Shown in pieces: positions 51,492 through 64,000 of a stretch of 64,000 nt of DNA. Within the stretch, counting starts at the first letter, position 1; each line of letters opens with the position of its first letter. Both the position numbers and the translations under genes were made by a program. Under the pieces are notes generated by a model, which was not told where the DNA came from, did no database searches, and saw only the letters and a list, made by a program, of their open reading frames with translations. Origin of the DNA: Phoronis australis (lineage: Eukaryota > Animalia > Phoronida); contig NMRA01000507.1 in the NCBI GenBank assembly GCA_002633005.1, positions 186,001-250,000 on the forward strand. The letters are read 5' to 3'.

Positions 51492-52444
51492 ACAGTACAC
51501 ACCATGGAATTTTGCACATTTTGATTTACCGGTGGCCACAGACTAAATGTATGACGTAAAATTTAGCTAAACCTATGTTTATTTTGAGTAATTAGCTCGA
51601 CATTTTGATTTTTCTTTCAATTTTGCCAATTATCCCATTTCCCGCCATGTGACGTCATGGGTTGAACACAAGAGATCAGTGACTAGCATTAAACAATGGC
51701 GGAGAGCAGGGAATTTGAAAGCGACGACGATTATGAGCAAGAATTGAACGAATACTATGAAAAAAAAAACATACGGGAATGGTGGCCAGGATGAGGAAAT
51801 GGGGTTGCACGAAAGCGAGAACAAGTTTAATGTGCTTCCGGCTGCCTACTTTTTTACTTTGAGCCTTACGACCTGGATCCTCCCGCGAGAAAAGCGGCCT
51901 CGGGCTCGGCGAGTCAACCCAGTCATCCAACAGACGATCCTGAATTAAGAGCTGATGTTTCTGAATGATAAATATTGTCCTTTATTGAGCCAGGCCTTCA
52001 TCGTAACGTCTCCTGTGAAACACGAGTCCTCAAAGTGGGCAGAACACCGAGTGGCCCCGGACCGAATCGCTTGGTCCACGATGGCGTCCCACACTCTCGT
52101 TCGGCGCACGAAGCCATGCCACTGCGCAACTATGGTGTCCTTCGGAACATCGAGACGTTCTCCGCCTGACTGCTATTGCTGCAGCCTCCGGAAACACATC
52201 TTTTGATGCCTCTACGAACCTTCTCGACGTTAAATGTACTTTGCTTTCTCTTCACTCTATACACTTTGTCTCTGATCCGAACAGTATGGCAAACGACTTG
52301 GGTTCAACCCATGACGTTGTATATAATTATTATTTTTTCAATTTTTGCGTGTTTCTTTATGAGTTGTGCACTAAAGGCACTAAAATCAAGTAAAATACAA
52401 TAATAAAATTTATTTTGAGGTACTAGAGTCATGTTGTGTACACT
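51492..52444 (+). mobile_element. Kolobok-like element with a decayed KolX/P2X7-ballast-like ORF
   Basis: TTAA|ACAGTACACACCATG...CATGTTGTGTACACT|TTAA. Internal MAESREFESDDDYEQE..(Y)FEPY and Cys-rich PCHCATM..DCYCC. Confidence 0.6.
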
Positions 52445-53349
52445 TTAAGGTGAAGGATAAGAGAATTCGCGCCATCATCTATGTATTAGATATATCCTTG
52501 CTTAAGATTTAAGTGCAAGCCTAAGGCTACCCAGTGGCGGATCTAGGATATCACAAAGTTGGGACAACATTTTTTCTGTAAGTATTTTCGCAAATCACGA
52601 TTGTAGATGCGCACAGCACCGAATGGGGGGAGGTCGGGAGGGGGGTTGCCACTACACCACCACGATTTAACTCCTAATCTGATATTAAGAGACCTATTTG
52701 TTTATGGTCCACAGCGTTTGCGCGAAACCTACTTCTTTTTGTAATGCTTATTACACGTTTTGTACTTTGCGCACTCGATTCGTAACAAATTTGTTTTATT
52801 CAAAATTGTGTTCAAATGCCCAAAAGACCAAATCCGTTTTTCGTGTTGGCAATAATGACGGGATTGCTTTGGAAATCGTCTTGAGTTAAGGTTTGACAAA
52901 GAGAGAATTATGAGTTTCTGAATGATTCACTGAAGTTTCGATTAAAATTCATATCTTACCAACAGCTTCTGTTTTTTCATCGTCACTCAGGTTCCATTTT
53001 CTTTAAAAAATGAAGTAAATTTTCTTCATTGCACAGTGGAGCAGACGACGGAAACGGAGTTGTAGTGCGCAGCGCCACTGCCGGTTGCCTGGGATATCGC
53101 GGGAGAGCCTATACTTAGCTATAGTTCTGTTATGATTGCGCCGTGTTCCGAATTTGACACTTGAAATTGGATCTGAGCCCCACCCCCCAAACACTAAAAC
53201 TGCACACATTTAAATCTTGTTTCATCCGTATGATTTCAATTACCTGGGTTAAATGATAAACTCAACATTTCCCTACGCTCTTGCTGTTTTATTTTTTTGC
53301 GGCAGCCAAGGGGGGGGGGGGTCCCTGCATGTATGTAGATTTCCAGTTC

Positions 53350-55110
53350 ATGAGGAAGGAGAGTTTGCGTGCTTATCTAATAAAGTGTGAAGTGTAGTTG
53401 ATTATGTACTATTGTCCACTGGTTTGTTTGATTTTGTATCAGATTTTAAATTTGATTTGTCTGACCATCTTCCTCTTCTTTGTGTTTTTCACGGCTTCAC
53501 TCAGTCACAGGATCACACTAATCATAGCACAAATCACGACGTCCGTGAATATGACCGACTTAGATGGAAAGCTGAAAGATGTAGTCAGTTCATGGACAAT
53601 TTTTTTAGTCGGTACCAAGTGTTCTCTAGTGATATTGCGAATCTTACTGAGAGCAGTCGGGTGGAAGACGCAGTTCATTTGTTAAATGAAATTTGTAAAT
53701 CAGCTGCGTGCGACATGATTGTACACTCCAGTTTCGAGGTTAAATCTGTAAAGACCAACCACTATGGTAGGATGAGGAGTTAGAGGCATTGAAAAGAGAG
53801 AGAAATTGTGCGTTGTCTGGTTTCCGAAACTATAATAATTAGTCAAATTTTGTTAAGTAGAAAAAGTTGCGACAAAACTTCAAAAGGGACTATCAAGTCA
53901 AAAAAAAATATTTAACGACGCCCTGAGAAAAAATAGCGTTTTGGCAGCTAGAAGAATCATGCTCTTGAAAAAAGACGTCAGACACTTCTACTTTCAGTCA
54001 CTCCTAAGCCAAGACAATTCTAATAATCCACATATGCTTGGACAAGTAGAAAGACATTAGGCAAACCATGACGAGTATTGTAATGACTGTTTGGTAGATG
54101 ACCCAAATCAACTGAAACATGATTTTAGGGAAAGTGAGATTTTTGTCGCTCATCGAGACCTACCAAACGGTAAAGCTTCCGGTGGTGAAAGACTCATTTA
54201 TGAATTTTAAGTGCACCAAAGATTATAGAAAACCTGTTTTGACAAACATTTTTAATAGTGCTCTACGGTCAGGTGAATTTCTTCAATCCTGGTGTTATGC
54301 TATAGTATGTCCATGGCATAAGCAAGGGGACGTCAATGACGTAAATGATTATCGTGATATTTCACTTCGGCCTGTTCTCGAGAATTTTTTTACAAAACTT
54401 GTAACTACTCGTCTAACAACTTAGGCCAATGATAATAACTTATTTGATGGAACTCAGGCTGGTTTTAGAAAAGGGTAAATTGCAATAGACCAAATTTTTT
54501 CCTTACAAGGAATTGGTCATAAGTCTTGAGTAAGCGCAGGGGCAGATTTTATGTCATATACGTGGATTTTTCTCGGGCCTTTGACAACATTACACATGAA
54601 TTTTTGTGGAATATGCTACAAAAAGTAGGAATTCATAGTAGTAGAAATTTGTAGGAGTTTAAAATTGATGAAAAGTATGTATTAAAGCTAAGAACGTGTG
54701 TAAAAACTGAGTGTTGGTTAACTGACTTTTTCAGTATTGGTACTTGCCAAGGGTGTACGCGTAGCCCCTTTTTATTCAGTATGTATTTGGACGCGTTTGT
54801 TGATTAATTCAAAGAATCTTTAAATAGCGGTATTTACGTAAATGACAACGTACCTCAAACTTGTATGTTGCCAAATGCTGATGATATGATTGGTTGTTGA
54901 CAGGATTTAAACTACACCAACAAAGTAACGTTCAACATGAATACTGTCATAACTGGGGTATGAAAACCATCCTTAAAAAGCAAAAATAATATTATGTAGA
55001 AAAGGTGGAACATTGACAAAATACGAAAATGGCATTTTGGAAATAACAAAATTGATGTCGTCTTATCATATAAGTTCCTGGGTATTTGCCTTAATCCTAA
55101 GTTAATTGAT
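53350..55110 (+). mobile_element. Decayed LINE ORF2 (APE end and RT), related to 62190-64000
   Basis: VDYVLLS..SDHLPL, NIFNSALRSGEFLQSW..NDYRDISL, QAGFRKG, YVDFSRAFD, QGCTRSPFLF, ADD and YKFLG. Many stops. Confidence 0.85.
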
Positions 55111-56032
55111 CTTCAATGCGAGTCTGGATACTGCATATGGTCGCTTATAAAGCATATGACGGAATTGTTTCTGAATAAAGATTTTTTGGGGGTGTGGAGC
55201 TTGGTTGGACAAAAAAAAATCTTTTCAAAGTAGTCGCAAACTGAAGTGTGAAAAAACACGTTTTGATTTAGGCCACTATGAAATGGCTCTTATTTTGTTC
55301 CTTAGTCAGATGGAGGTGGTGGTGATGATGAAAATGGTGATAACAATGGGGTGACAAATGGAAATGTCGGAAATTAGAAAGAAATATAGTCTTGTTCGTT
55401 AGAGCCTAAAGCAACAAAATTTCATCAAAATACAATCAAGAAAGGAACAGCGTCACCAGAAAACCCCGAATAATTCGAAAAAGAACGTACTAGCGAAAAT
55501 GGAAAACATCTTCTGAAAGCCTGTCCAAAATTTTACCTAACAAAGTAGTTTAACAAAAGTAAAAACATTTTTTGAACACAAAATCAAATTTTTAATTTTT
55601 TTGAAATTGAATATCAAATAACTCAAAAACGGTAACTCTCAGGCAGAAATTGTTAGAGTTCATTTGAACATGAAAAGTTTCAAAGCACTTGGTTATGCAA
55701 TGCGCCCTGTACAGGACAAAACGTTTTTGTCCTGAAATCGAGGTGCCCAAACGCAATGGCCGATATTTCCGCTATCTTTCATTAAAAGTTCATATCTTAC
55801 GCAAATCTGTACACGTCTGGCATAATAATCGTACGGATTTCCAGTCGTGTACGTCAAAAATCATGGCCTCTGGGCATTTGAGTGTGAATTCGAAAACAAA
55901 ATGGCCGCCACGTCCACCATCGTCCACCATCCGATCAAGACAAAAAACAATAGGCTTCGAGGTATTCCGGATCAAGAGGTTGTGTGTGAATTTCGCTCGA
56001 CCTGAAGAGTTCAAACAAACGTAAAAACTTAA

Positions 56033-56402
56033 AGGCGGAGGCAACCTTTTTTCATGTCATTTTTAGCAAAACTAAGGTTCGTTGACTATCCCAGACATTT
56101 CACTTATTTACTGCTTTTCGTAATTTAATTAATTACTCGTCGTCTACTCCGGAAGTGACGTTTTGAGAGGCAAGAATTTCGCGCCAATTTCTTTTCATAT
56201 AGTCTGACTGTGAGAGCAGTCGAGTCAGTCATTGTTCTACCTCGGTTGTGATAAGTTCGGTCATCGTTTGCTTTTGCTTACGAGTAGAGGACGAGAAATT
56301 AATCAAATTACGAAAAGCTGTAATTAAGTGAAAAATGTGTCTGGGATAATCAACGAACCTTATTTTTGCTAAAAGTGACATGAAAAATGGTTGCCTTCGC
56401 CT
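56033..56402. mobile_element. Kolobok-type MITE (~120-bp TIRs, TTAA TSD)
   Basis: TTAA|AGGCGGAGGCAACC..CATGTCA..AAGGTTCGTTGA.TATCCCAGACA, with the inverted copy ending GGTTGCCTTCGCCT|TTAA. Confidence 0.85.
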
Positions 56403-57226
56403 TTAATGTCACAGCAACATACTTGGCGAAAACATTTCTTCAGGTAAAAACAAAGAAACTTGATGACAAAACAACATACTGGGCGAAATTTATTTCGCGA
56501 AGTATGTTACAGAATCATTGCGGAGTTAGAGTTGATGTTTTTCAGTTAAAGGTCCGCATACCGAAAAATTCGATCCCCCTATATTTCAGGCTGGGTGCGC
56601 ACATGAATTATTGTTCATTAAAACGTAATGCAAACGGCAAATGCCGCGGGAAAGACCCAAGTGGACACCTATCAAACGGAGAATCAAGGATAGCAGCGTG
56701 CCCCTCCTGTCATATAATATAACAGAAAGTCATCCGTAACATGCATGGCACTTACCATGCTTAGTCTTATTGTCTCGAGAACAGGTGCATTTACATGAAT
56801 TGGTTGTAAGTTGGCGATGTGACGGCTGATTTCCGAAACATGTTATTTACAGTGTCATTAGTCAGACGTCATTAGATGCATCTTCATGCAACTTTGTAGA
56901 CCAAGCGCACCGCGAAAAATATTTTTCATCATGACTGGCTAGTCTTCAGTTGTCTGAGATTTTCAGACCACCGTTCTCTTGTAGATCGATCCCAAATGTA
57001 AAGGAATTGGTTTCTTTAATGATTTCGTTATCAGTGTTTGATGAAGATGATGATGATGATGGTGGTGGTGGTGATGATGGTGATAAATGGAAACATACAC
57101 ATTTTGAAAACGAATGACAACGTTTTTATAATAATCTCTGGCATTATAATTAAATAACATATGTAGCCTGTGTGTAAATGGTGTGAATATGTGTAAGTCC
57201 GTATTAACCGTAAAATTATCAGTATT

Positions 57227-58994
57227 GGGAGCGTTCACATATTACGTCATCACTCGCGGGGGTAGAGTTTTGGAAAAGTGACGATTTATGACAGGGGGTT
57301 AGACTCATGGTGACGTCATCATGGGGTTTATTAGAATATCTCCATCACAGTACATATGGTTGGGAAACTGATTCACCGCGAACGGTATGCTTCAAGGGGT
57401 GTTTTAGTGTCATGTAAATCACTATTACATGGCGCAGAATAGGTCAAGCCCGTCAGAACTAGGACTCCAAAGATACAAGTGAACACTGCGGGAGTCAGAG
57501 CCGTCCCGTCGTGCAGTCGGTATCACATTTAACAGACCTAAAGCCGTGGTGGAAAAATACAAAATCACCACAAGGGACCGCCAGAGTTGTCAGACACGTC
57601 CGGATATCAGTGTCACCCACGCTCTTTTTTCGTGAACACAACTGTTAAATTTAATCACGATCTTTTGAGCAGTGTGACGGATAAAGTGGCGGACGCCAAA
57701 AACGTACCTGAAGAAATAAAAACAGCCAGTTGTTTAGGTAAAATATGTCGAATACACCCACAAATGAAAAGGCCCTGTTGTCTCTTTAATAGAAACATGT
57801 GTGCCAAATTTCATAACTGAAAATCCACCCGTAACTCAAACAGAGGCAAACGTAAAAATATAAAAATGTCATTAACTAGAGGGCACAGCTCTAGTCGGAT
57901 TGGTCTCTTGCCATCTCCATAAGGAGACAGCTCCCAAACTTCGAAAAGATCCTTCAAAGATTTAGCCTAAGGAGATACAGCTATGAACGCAAAAACAATT
58001 GCCACTAGGGGGCAACAAATATTCATTATTTTTGGTTTGTGTCAGAATATTGTCTGACAGTATTATTAGTTGTATTGTTTTGTTTGGTTATTCAGTTTGA
58101 TTGGCATGACCCTTGAGTTAAGTACAATGATGATGTAATTTGTTTACTACAGTATAGTGAGGAACTTTCTAGAAGACTCTACCATGACAATGATTAATGC
58201 AGTCTGGAATATTCTAGAGACTAGTATATGTTTGTAGAACGATTGGGTAGATTCAGGAAAGTTCTAGGATGTGCTTGAATTGATGTTAAGTTCCAGAACA
58301 ATACGTTTGGCTATAAATACACAAGCACGGGTTTGTGTTAGTCAGAGAGATCAAGTCAGTTCAAGAGAAGATCAAGTCAGTTCAAGAAAGTTTATCAGGA
58401 GAATTGCAGTTGAGTTGCAGTGAATAGAATCAACAGTTACGGCGATAGTCAATAGAGAGCCAGCTATAGAGACAACAGGTTATTGAATCGACAATTGTAA
58501 CAGTTGCTGAACGTGTCTCAGAAGTTCATCACAAGTTAAGGCTTCGCAGCACGGGCTGGAGCATAAACAGACATTACGTCGGACGTTTTGTTTGAGTAGA
58601 CTTGTGAACATACGGTCGGGATTAATAAAGGATTAACTCGAACCAGTCTTCAGTCTATCGTCGCACCGAAAGCTATTAGCACTGGTCTGTAACAACCTGC
58701 GCCCACCCTGGCACACACGGGTAAAAACGTGACAGTTTGATAGTTGAAATGATGTACTTTATTTCATTGATGAATACAGCACTGGCAAATGCAACTTACG
58801 ATTATAAAGCGACATTGATTTGTCATTAGGATTATAAAGACGGAATCTCCAAAGAACTGTCGGTTCTTCTAAAAATAGGGGGTTGGTGCGATGACGTAGT
58901 TAAAGGCTGGACGGGTGTTATATCGTGATGAAAGAGGGGAAGGGGGGGGGATAAAAAGGCAAATTTTGGATTACGTAATATGTTGAACGCTCCC
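57227..58994. mobile_element. Sola2-like non-autonomous element (GGG termini, 4-bp TSD)
   Basis: TATT|GGGAGCGTTCACATATTACGT...ACGTAATATGTTGAACGCTCCC|TATT. Confidence 0.7.
58040..58734 (+). mobile_element. Solo LTR (695 bp)
   Basis: TGTCA...TGACA termini and a perfect 5-bp TSD GTTTG/GTTTG. Internal TATAAATA (~58312) and AATAAA (~58624). Confidence 0.9.
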
Positions 58995-59379
58995 TATTGT
59001 AGTTGTTACTGTGATTTTCAGTGTTAACATGTTTGCATTTTCAATAAACTGTAAAAATAAAACATGTATCTATGAGTTGACCTACATTACTTAACATGAG
59101 TTGCAATAGGTGGCGCTATTTTTGTGAACGCATATCTACGTCGCTCATACTAAAACAGAAATTACTACGGTAATACGCAAAAGTGTGGACTTCAGTCAGC
59201 AGAAAGTGATACTCAACATTTACAGGACGCTTGAAGGTTGGTCAAACTTCATTAGACTAAGTGAAAACCTACTTTGAGACAGTTCCATAACCTGCTTTTG
59301 GGTTACCTACACTCAGTGAGGTATCAGATCTCTGTTTCAGTCTACAGTGTATATACAGGTTACGTAACAATAGTAAATC

Positions 59380-59662
59380 ATGCCAGGAGGTAAAGGCACA
59401 CCTAATGCAGGACCTGCGACCGGATTGCGCAACCGGACCTTACCGTCATACTGTATATGACTCAACCTGAAAGTAACCCACCTGATATATCGAATAGAGA
59501 ACTACTAGAGCAAATGAATACAAAATTTGAGAAAATGAGAGAAGATTTGTCTGGTAAAATAGAATCCTTAACTCGTCAATGCAAGGAAATGAAGCAGGAA
59601 AATGTTGGTTTGAGACAACAGGTGGTGCACTTGGAAAGCAAGGTGGATGATTTAGAGAACAG
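59380..59662 (+). mobile_element. LINE (L1/Tx1-like) ORF1 N-terminal coiled-coil fragment
   Basis: ISNRELLEQMNTKFEKMREDLSGKIESL..ENVGLRQQVVHLESKVDDLENR is cut just where the typical LENRSRRNN motif would continue. Confidence 0.65.
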
Positions 59663-60170
59663 GGGCCCGCTCCAAGAAACTGACTTAAGTTCATTTTTGA
59701 CTTAAGTTTAAGACTTTTCTTAAGTTTTTGACTTAAGACAAATCCTAAGATTATTTTGCGTTCCAAGAAACAATCTTAGCTAAGACTGACTTAAGTTTTT
59801 GTATTAACTTTAAGTCAACTCTCACCTTGTCTTAACTCGATCTTACGTTTGTCAAAATGGCCGTATTCCACATTCGTCAGCGAAGAAATGAAAACCTAGG
59901 CAGAGTTTATCGAGAGCATCTTCAATACGACTCGTATGTTGACCGGTACCGGATGAACAAGGATGCAGTTGACTTATCATGCTCTTTTTTAAAAGACGAC
60001 CTCGAGCCAGAAACTCGCAGAGGATATTCACTTACAACTAAGCAGCCAGTCTCAGTTGCGTTGCGGTTCTACGCCACTGGAAGCTTTCAAACGGTCGTAG
60101 GTGATAGCCAAGGGGTGACTAAGTCGACCTTTTCAAGAACGATCATCAGGGTTCATTTGCCAGAGTAAAC
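59663..60170 (+). mobile_element. Harbinger/PIF transposon 5' end with transposase N-terminus
   Basis: CAG|GGGCCCG terminus and GACTTAAG subterminal repeats. ORF 59857-60168 reads RYRMNK..DDLEPETRRGYSLT..VALRFYATGSFQTVVGDSQGVTKSTFSR (HARBI1-like). Confidence 0.85.
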
Positions 60171-60210
60171 GCAATGTAACGATCGATGTGTGCAGTGTAA
60201 CTAAAAATAT

Positions 60211-61245
60211 TAGTAGTAGTAGTAATACACTTTATTCACTTTAAGTCAAAAACCAAAAAATACAGTTGATACAAATTTACGCATATGGAGACTCCGTGAA
60301 GGACCAGAAAGGTCCGCTGACCACGGAGCCACCAGAGAATAAGAAAGAAAAAATACAGCGTTACAGATAAGCAGAACTATAAAAATTAGGTGATGATGTA
60401 CTTTAAAACTACTTGTGTAAAGACTGGGAGAGATTATCGAAAATAGTTACATACAAAGCAGTTGGGAATAGTGCACTCAAGTTCATAATTTTCAAAACAA
60501 ACATTCTTAAAATAATTTATAACAGAGGATAACGAATGGGTAAAAAGTTTTTGGTAGACACTTTCAGGAAGGTTATTAATGATATGAGGTAGGGCATTTC
60601 GAACTGAATCTTCAACAAATGATTTAGTACAACGGGGAGTATGTAAAAGATGTCGTTGCCTAGTGTAATGTTCATGAACAGACCCACGAGTAATTAAATT
60701 GAACGTGTTAAAAAATAAAGGTAAGTAATTATGAACATATTTGTAGAAAAATTTAATAATAGCAACAACATACAAGTCCTTTATTTTGAGTAACTGTGTA
60801 GTCTTAAATAAAGGATCTGTATGGGCATTAAAATGACTAGAGGTAATATTGCGAATAACCTTTTTCTGTAATTTAAATATTCTGTGATGTTCACACCCCC
60901 ATAGCAGAATGCCATAATTAAAATGAGGAAGGACAAGGTCATGATATATAGTTTTCAAAGTTTTAAAGGGCAAGAAATGTTTTATGTTATTAAGAACACC
61001 ACAGAATCTGCTTATCTTTCTCAACAAATTGTTTATGTGTGGACTCCATGGTAACAAGTTTTCGTTGATGGTAACACCAAGTAAATTGAGAGAACGAACT
61101 CTTTCAATTTCCAAATTATTAAACTTTAAATAAAAATCATCAATACGTTTTGGGGGTTTATGAAAAACCATGAATTTTGTTTTAGTTGCATTTAAAACCA
61201 GTCCATTTACGTTTAACCAAGACTGAATTTTCTCCAGCTCCGCAC
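60211..61245 (-). mobile_element. 5'-truncated CR1/L2-group LINE with an intact ORF2 C-terminus and (TAC)n tail
   Basis: 287-aa ORF with WLNVNGLVLNATKTKFMVF, LLGVTINENL.W..HI, PHFNYGILLWG..LQKKVIR and a terminal CTIPNCFVC. AATAAA and (TAC)n on the minus strand at 60211-60236. Confidence 0.9.
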
Positions 61246-62189
61246 AAATGCAAGCAGTAAAGCAATACTTGTCTTTTTTAGCATTTGTTGATCTCATCTG
61301 CTAAAAACTTTCGAGAATTGTCTGGGTAAGGCCGATATTAAATGTCATTGAGTCGCCGGGTGACTGGATGCGTGACAGTCTAACAGTTATTTTCGGGGAG
61401 ACTCAGGGGGTGTACAAGTGTGGAAGGGTCCACTAGCAGTGCGTCATTTTGACTTTAATAACACCAATTACGATTAAGTTAATAAATGCTCCTAAAAATA
61501 ACGCGAACGTTTTTACGGTATGAGAAACTCGGAAATAAGTGCCAATATTCATTTCCTGCCGATGTTATGCTACCCGCTTCGTGAATAGATAGTTACTTGT
61601 ATGTAGCGCGCGCTCTTGGGTTGCTGCTTTAGAAGCTGGCCAAGTGTTTATTAGTCTTCGGTTCGCGGTTTTCACGTGCACACAGAAATTTGGACTCCTG
61701 TTGAGGGAGTAGATCTGTACGTGAAAGATGCAATGCAATCCCTTTGACGAGTATGCTGTGCCTGTTCTGAAAGGCTACCACCGGCATAATCCGGAACACG
61801 TTCCTCGCAAGACCAGCCCAACTTATGGGTTCTTCATGAAGCACAGCAGAAGTTTGAAGTGTATAGTCACGGCTAAATACCAACATAGTTGCGAGGCTCG
61901 TGGTCTATGAATTCCGCGCACAATGATTTTTTTTAGGACTGTCGGATCTTATTGATGAATTGAAGACGTGACTGTAGAGTTTTAGAACTGTAGGTTAGGC
62001 ATTTTTCACATGAACACGCATGGGCTGGGTGCTTATTTTGGCGAAGTGTGGAAACGCGTGAAGGGGGGGCTCTCATAGGGCGAATTTGGTATACAAAAAT
62101 TGAAGACAGGAAAAATATCCATAATTTCTCCACTGATTTATTTTTTCATTTGTCTTTGAATTAAAATCAAGCCATGGCATATATGAANG

Positions 62190-64000
62190 GGGGAAATTTA
62201 ACCAGTCAGGGGTTATTTTGACAGGTGACTTTAATTGAAGGGCAGATACACTCAGAGACTACATCCCAGATGACGATATCATGCATATCAGTGTCCTTGT
62301 CAAGAGCGACTGTTGTTATGTTCAAAATAATTTTGAAAAACCAAGAAACAACCAATATGCGAAATCTAGTTACTTCTGCAAAGAACTTGCCAAATTTTGC
62401 GCAGTATATGGTACGCACATAGTTAACGGTAGATACCCCTCAGACAGAGAAGGAAACTATTCGTTCGTCTCCACGCGAGGATGCACCACTATTGATTATG
62501 TTATTGCCGAGGAATCTATGTTCGAATATATTAATGATTTTGAAGTATTAAACTACGACCATTTCCCTATCATGTGTACTCTACGTTATCTAGAACATAC
62601 GGAAGCTGATACAGACGGATCGAACACTAGTGTCAGAACGACCCCATTGCACCGACTCAAGTGGCAGCCACACAAATCTTCAAGTTTTAAGGATAGACTG
62701 GGCAGCGTTGACACCACCTAGAAATTATCCCAAATATCTTTAGCCATCGATATGGATATTAACAAAGCAGTTCAATTAATAAATGAATTATTCCATGCTT
62801 GCGGCGCTGACATGAAAATAAGCAATAAACCAGCAGTGAACAGGCAGCAGCCATGGTGGTTCGACAACGTTTGCGAGCAAAAGAAAATAGAAAAACATAA
62901 TTTATTGAAACTTTTCAGATCCACAAAGTGTGTGGATACACTACGTAATTATATTGATACGAAAAGTCAATTTAAGGAAACCTGTCGTGAAAAAATGAAG
63001 AATAAAAACGAACAAATGGAAAAGAACTTATGTGATTCAGTGAGAGATCCAAGAATATTCTGGGCAAACGTGAAGTCAATCATAAATCCGAACAATATTC
63101 AACAAGCGGATATTTCGTCGAACGAATGGTATAACTATTTTGAAAAACTCTTGAACACTGAGCCTGTACGGGAAAACAGGGAATTCCTTAATAATTTGTT
63201 GGACGAAATGCGAGAGCACGACGAAAGCTGCAATGACTGTGCCAACACACCTGGTGATGAAATCCTGGTACAACTTAATAAAGAAATTGACATGTCCGAA
63301 ATCAATCAGGAAATAAATAAACTTAAAAACAACAAATCCCCTGGAGAAGATGGTATTCCAAACGAACTCCTCAAAGCACTGACTGGTGACATCCTTGAAG
63401 TATTATGCAAACTATTCAACAAGGTACTGGCGACAAGAAAATTCCCGGAGAACTGGAGAAAGAGTATAATCGTTCCAATCTACAAGAAAGGAGACAAAAA
63501 TAACCCAAATAATTACAAGGGAATTTCTTTACTTGATAGCATAAGCAAGCTGTTTACATCAATATTAAACAGAAGGCTGATTGAGTGGCCGTATGCAATG
63601 CAACGTATCTCTGAGGAACAAGCCGGACTTAGGGCAGGTTATTCGACCGTGGATAAAAATTTTGTTCTACAAGGTTTGGCCCACAGGAATTTATCAAAAA
63701 GAGGTGGAAAAATGTACTGTGCATTTGTGGACTTTAGCAAGGCGTTTGACAGTCTGGAAACTACACGTCTATTTTATTGTTTGTTAAAAAATAATCTCCA
63801 CGGGAAAATGTTCAATCTCCTGAGGAATATTTATGCTGAAGTGAAATCTTGCGTGAGAATACAGAGTCAAATCACACTCTATTTTGATTGTACGAGAGGT
63901 GTGAAACAAGGGTGTATACTGAGTCCTTGGTTATTCTCTGTTTTTGTAAGCGGACTGGTGCCAGAGGTCAAAGAAAATGGAGGACGAGGTATCAAGTGTG
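62190..64000 (+). mobile_element. LINE ORF2 (APE C-terminus and RT), lightly decayed, running off the window
   Basis: HIVNGRYPSDREGNYSF..TIDYVI..DHFPI, KNNKSPGEDGIPNE, NYKGISLL, AFVDFSKAFD and GVKQGCILSP. Stop at 62719 and frameshifts near 63590-63640. Starts after N62188. Confidence 0.9.

Noticed and set aside
56963-57238. Poly-His ORF, and the (TH)n/(CV)n ORFs at 24156-24402
   Set aside because: These are translations of GAT/GGT and GT microsatellites.
59670-59820. GACTTAAG repeats as a CRISPR-like array
   Set aside because: The motifs are short and irregularly spaced, with no unique spacers. They are Harbinger subterminal repeats.
60434-61297. Longest ORF (287 aa) as a host gene
   Set aside because: It is the C-terminal part of a LINE ORF2, followed by a polyA signal and (TAC)n tail.
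1-64000. Most 60-130 aa ORFs in the supplied track, read as prokaryote-style genes or operons
   Set aside because: The DNA is eukaryotic (spliceosomal introns, LINEs, microsatellites). These ORFs have no recognisable motifs and are expected by chance.

Overview
AT-rich, repeat-dense animal genomic DNA, probably an invertebrate; the species cannot be named from this sequence. Most entries in the six-frame ORF track are noise. Reading splice sites by hand gives one intact 11-exon gene on the + strand (12421-50854). All its introns are GT-AG, the phases are consistent, and the 1827-nt CDS encodes 608 aa. The product is a secreted protein: signal peptide, PAN/Apple domain, Cys-rich linker, then THREE tandem, diverged CTHRC1-type C-terminal domains with no collagen Gly-X-Y helix. 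It is a candidate single-chain 'pseudo-trimer' CTHRC1 relative. Introns and flanks hold decayed or nested transposons: Academ-like, P/Galileo-like THAP, Kolobok-like, Harbinger and Sola2-like elements, CA..TG MITEs with 5-bp TSDs, a Gypsy internal region, a solo LTR and several LINEs. There is also a ~1-kb foldback element with two convergent tRNA-like Pol III promoters at its apex, a downstream duplicate of the gene's upstream region, and an apparent uncollapsed haplotype at the window start. Family assignments come from motif recognition only; no database searches were run.
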